Below, in pieces: positions 63,380 through 64,000 of a stretch of 64,000 nucleotides of DNA. The notes beneath the pieces are model-generated. The model was not told the DNA's origin, did no database searches, and saw nothing but the letters and a program-made list of their open reading frames with translations. Every line of letters begins with the position of its first letter. Within the stretch, counting starts at the first letter, position 1. Both the position numbers and the translations under genes were made by a program. The stretch comes from Epiperipatus broadwayi (taxonomy: Eukaryota > Animalia > Onychophora): contig JAQFVV010000005.1 in assembly GCA_028023455.1 (NCBI GenBank), positions 13,640,001 to 13,704,000 on the forward strand. Reading direction: 5' to 3'.

Positions 63380-64000
63380 TTTCTCCACAGAGCTCTTTAA
63401 TGAAATTACTCTTAGTTTTCTAAGCTAGCTATTTTAATCAGAATTCGTAAACTGTGTAAGATAAATCTAATGTAACTTTAAATTAAATTTAATAACTAAC
63501 CATCTTGCCTACTTTAAAATGAAATAATTGTAAATTTCAATAATACTCTTAAACATGATAATCGTATCAGTTATAATGCATTCTTTCCTAACCTGCAGCC
63601 ATGCCTATCCTATTTTGTTTTATTGATATTTTTTGGTATGCCACATTTCAAGATGGAGATTAATAAATTTAGTAACTTTAGAGACGATTACAAGCACACC
63701 AGTAAACGATTTATGCTGTTTTTAACAAACATAAATCTCCATTTTGAAACCTATTCTTATATATCTGTTTAGTTAAGCTATTATGTTCTAACTTATGTAT
63801 AGTTAAATAATAGCAGGGATATTTCAAAAGACATATTAATAATAATTAAGTCCTGAATATGCTTTTCTCTTCCTTAATTTATTAAAAATACTATTCAGAT
63901 TAGATTGTTTTATGAAACTTGTCTTAGCATGTATAATGTCTGCTAATTAGAGAACTGGGATAACATAGTTTCACAGAATGAAACTAGTATTTCACACATT
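63380..64000 (+). repeat. Diverged LTR-A-related sequence running off the right edge
   Basis: ccacagagctct...aagctagctattt matches 43998-44055. gagaactggg (~63950) matches ~44718 and ~12158. Confidence 0.5.

Noticed and set aside
1-64000. CRISPR arrays, rRNA or tRNA genes, prokaryotic operons
   Set aside because: No repeat-spacer array or structural RNA gene signature was seen. The tandem repeats are simple 2-3 copy duplications and the content is eukaryotic TE-derived.

Overview
Very AT-rich eukaryotic DNA, probably an invertebrate animal (taxon not determinable from the window). It is almost entirely a nested graveyard of transposable elements, and no intact host gene is evident. Identified elements: (i) a Ty3/Gypsy-like LTR family with ~2.8-2.9 kb LTRs and integrase remnants (~4.6-11.2 kb, ~43.1-54.1 kb, plus a minus-strand LTR piece at the left edge); (ii) a hAT DNA transposon with intact TIRs and an 8-bp TSD (12675-14638); (iii) a minus-strand LTR element with two ~2 kb LTRs around a 544-bp non-coding core (15454-20070); (iv) two Tx1/L1-type LINEs, one inserted inside the other, the inner one carrying an extra ~830-bp 3' segment; (v) an R2/NeSL/R4-type REL-endonuclease LINE remnant (~56.1-57.9 kb); (vi) three Penelope-like elements (PLEs). 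Two PLEs form near-perfect 0.9-1.1 kb palindromes, and one is near full length with an inverted plus two direct pseudo-LTRs and a 13-bp TSD. The best lead is that all three PLEs carry minimal type-I hammerhead-ribozyme-like motifs in which the normally invariant C3-G8 core pair is replaced by a compensated pair: A3-U8 in two families and U3-A8 in the third. All alignments, folds and translations were done by eye. Boundaries not anchored on a TSD or TIR are approximate.
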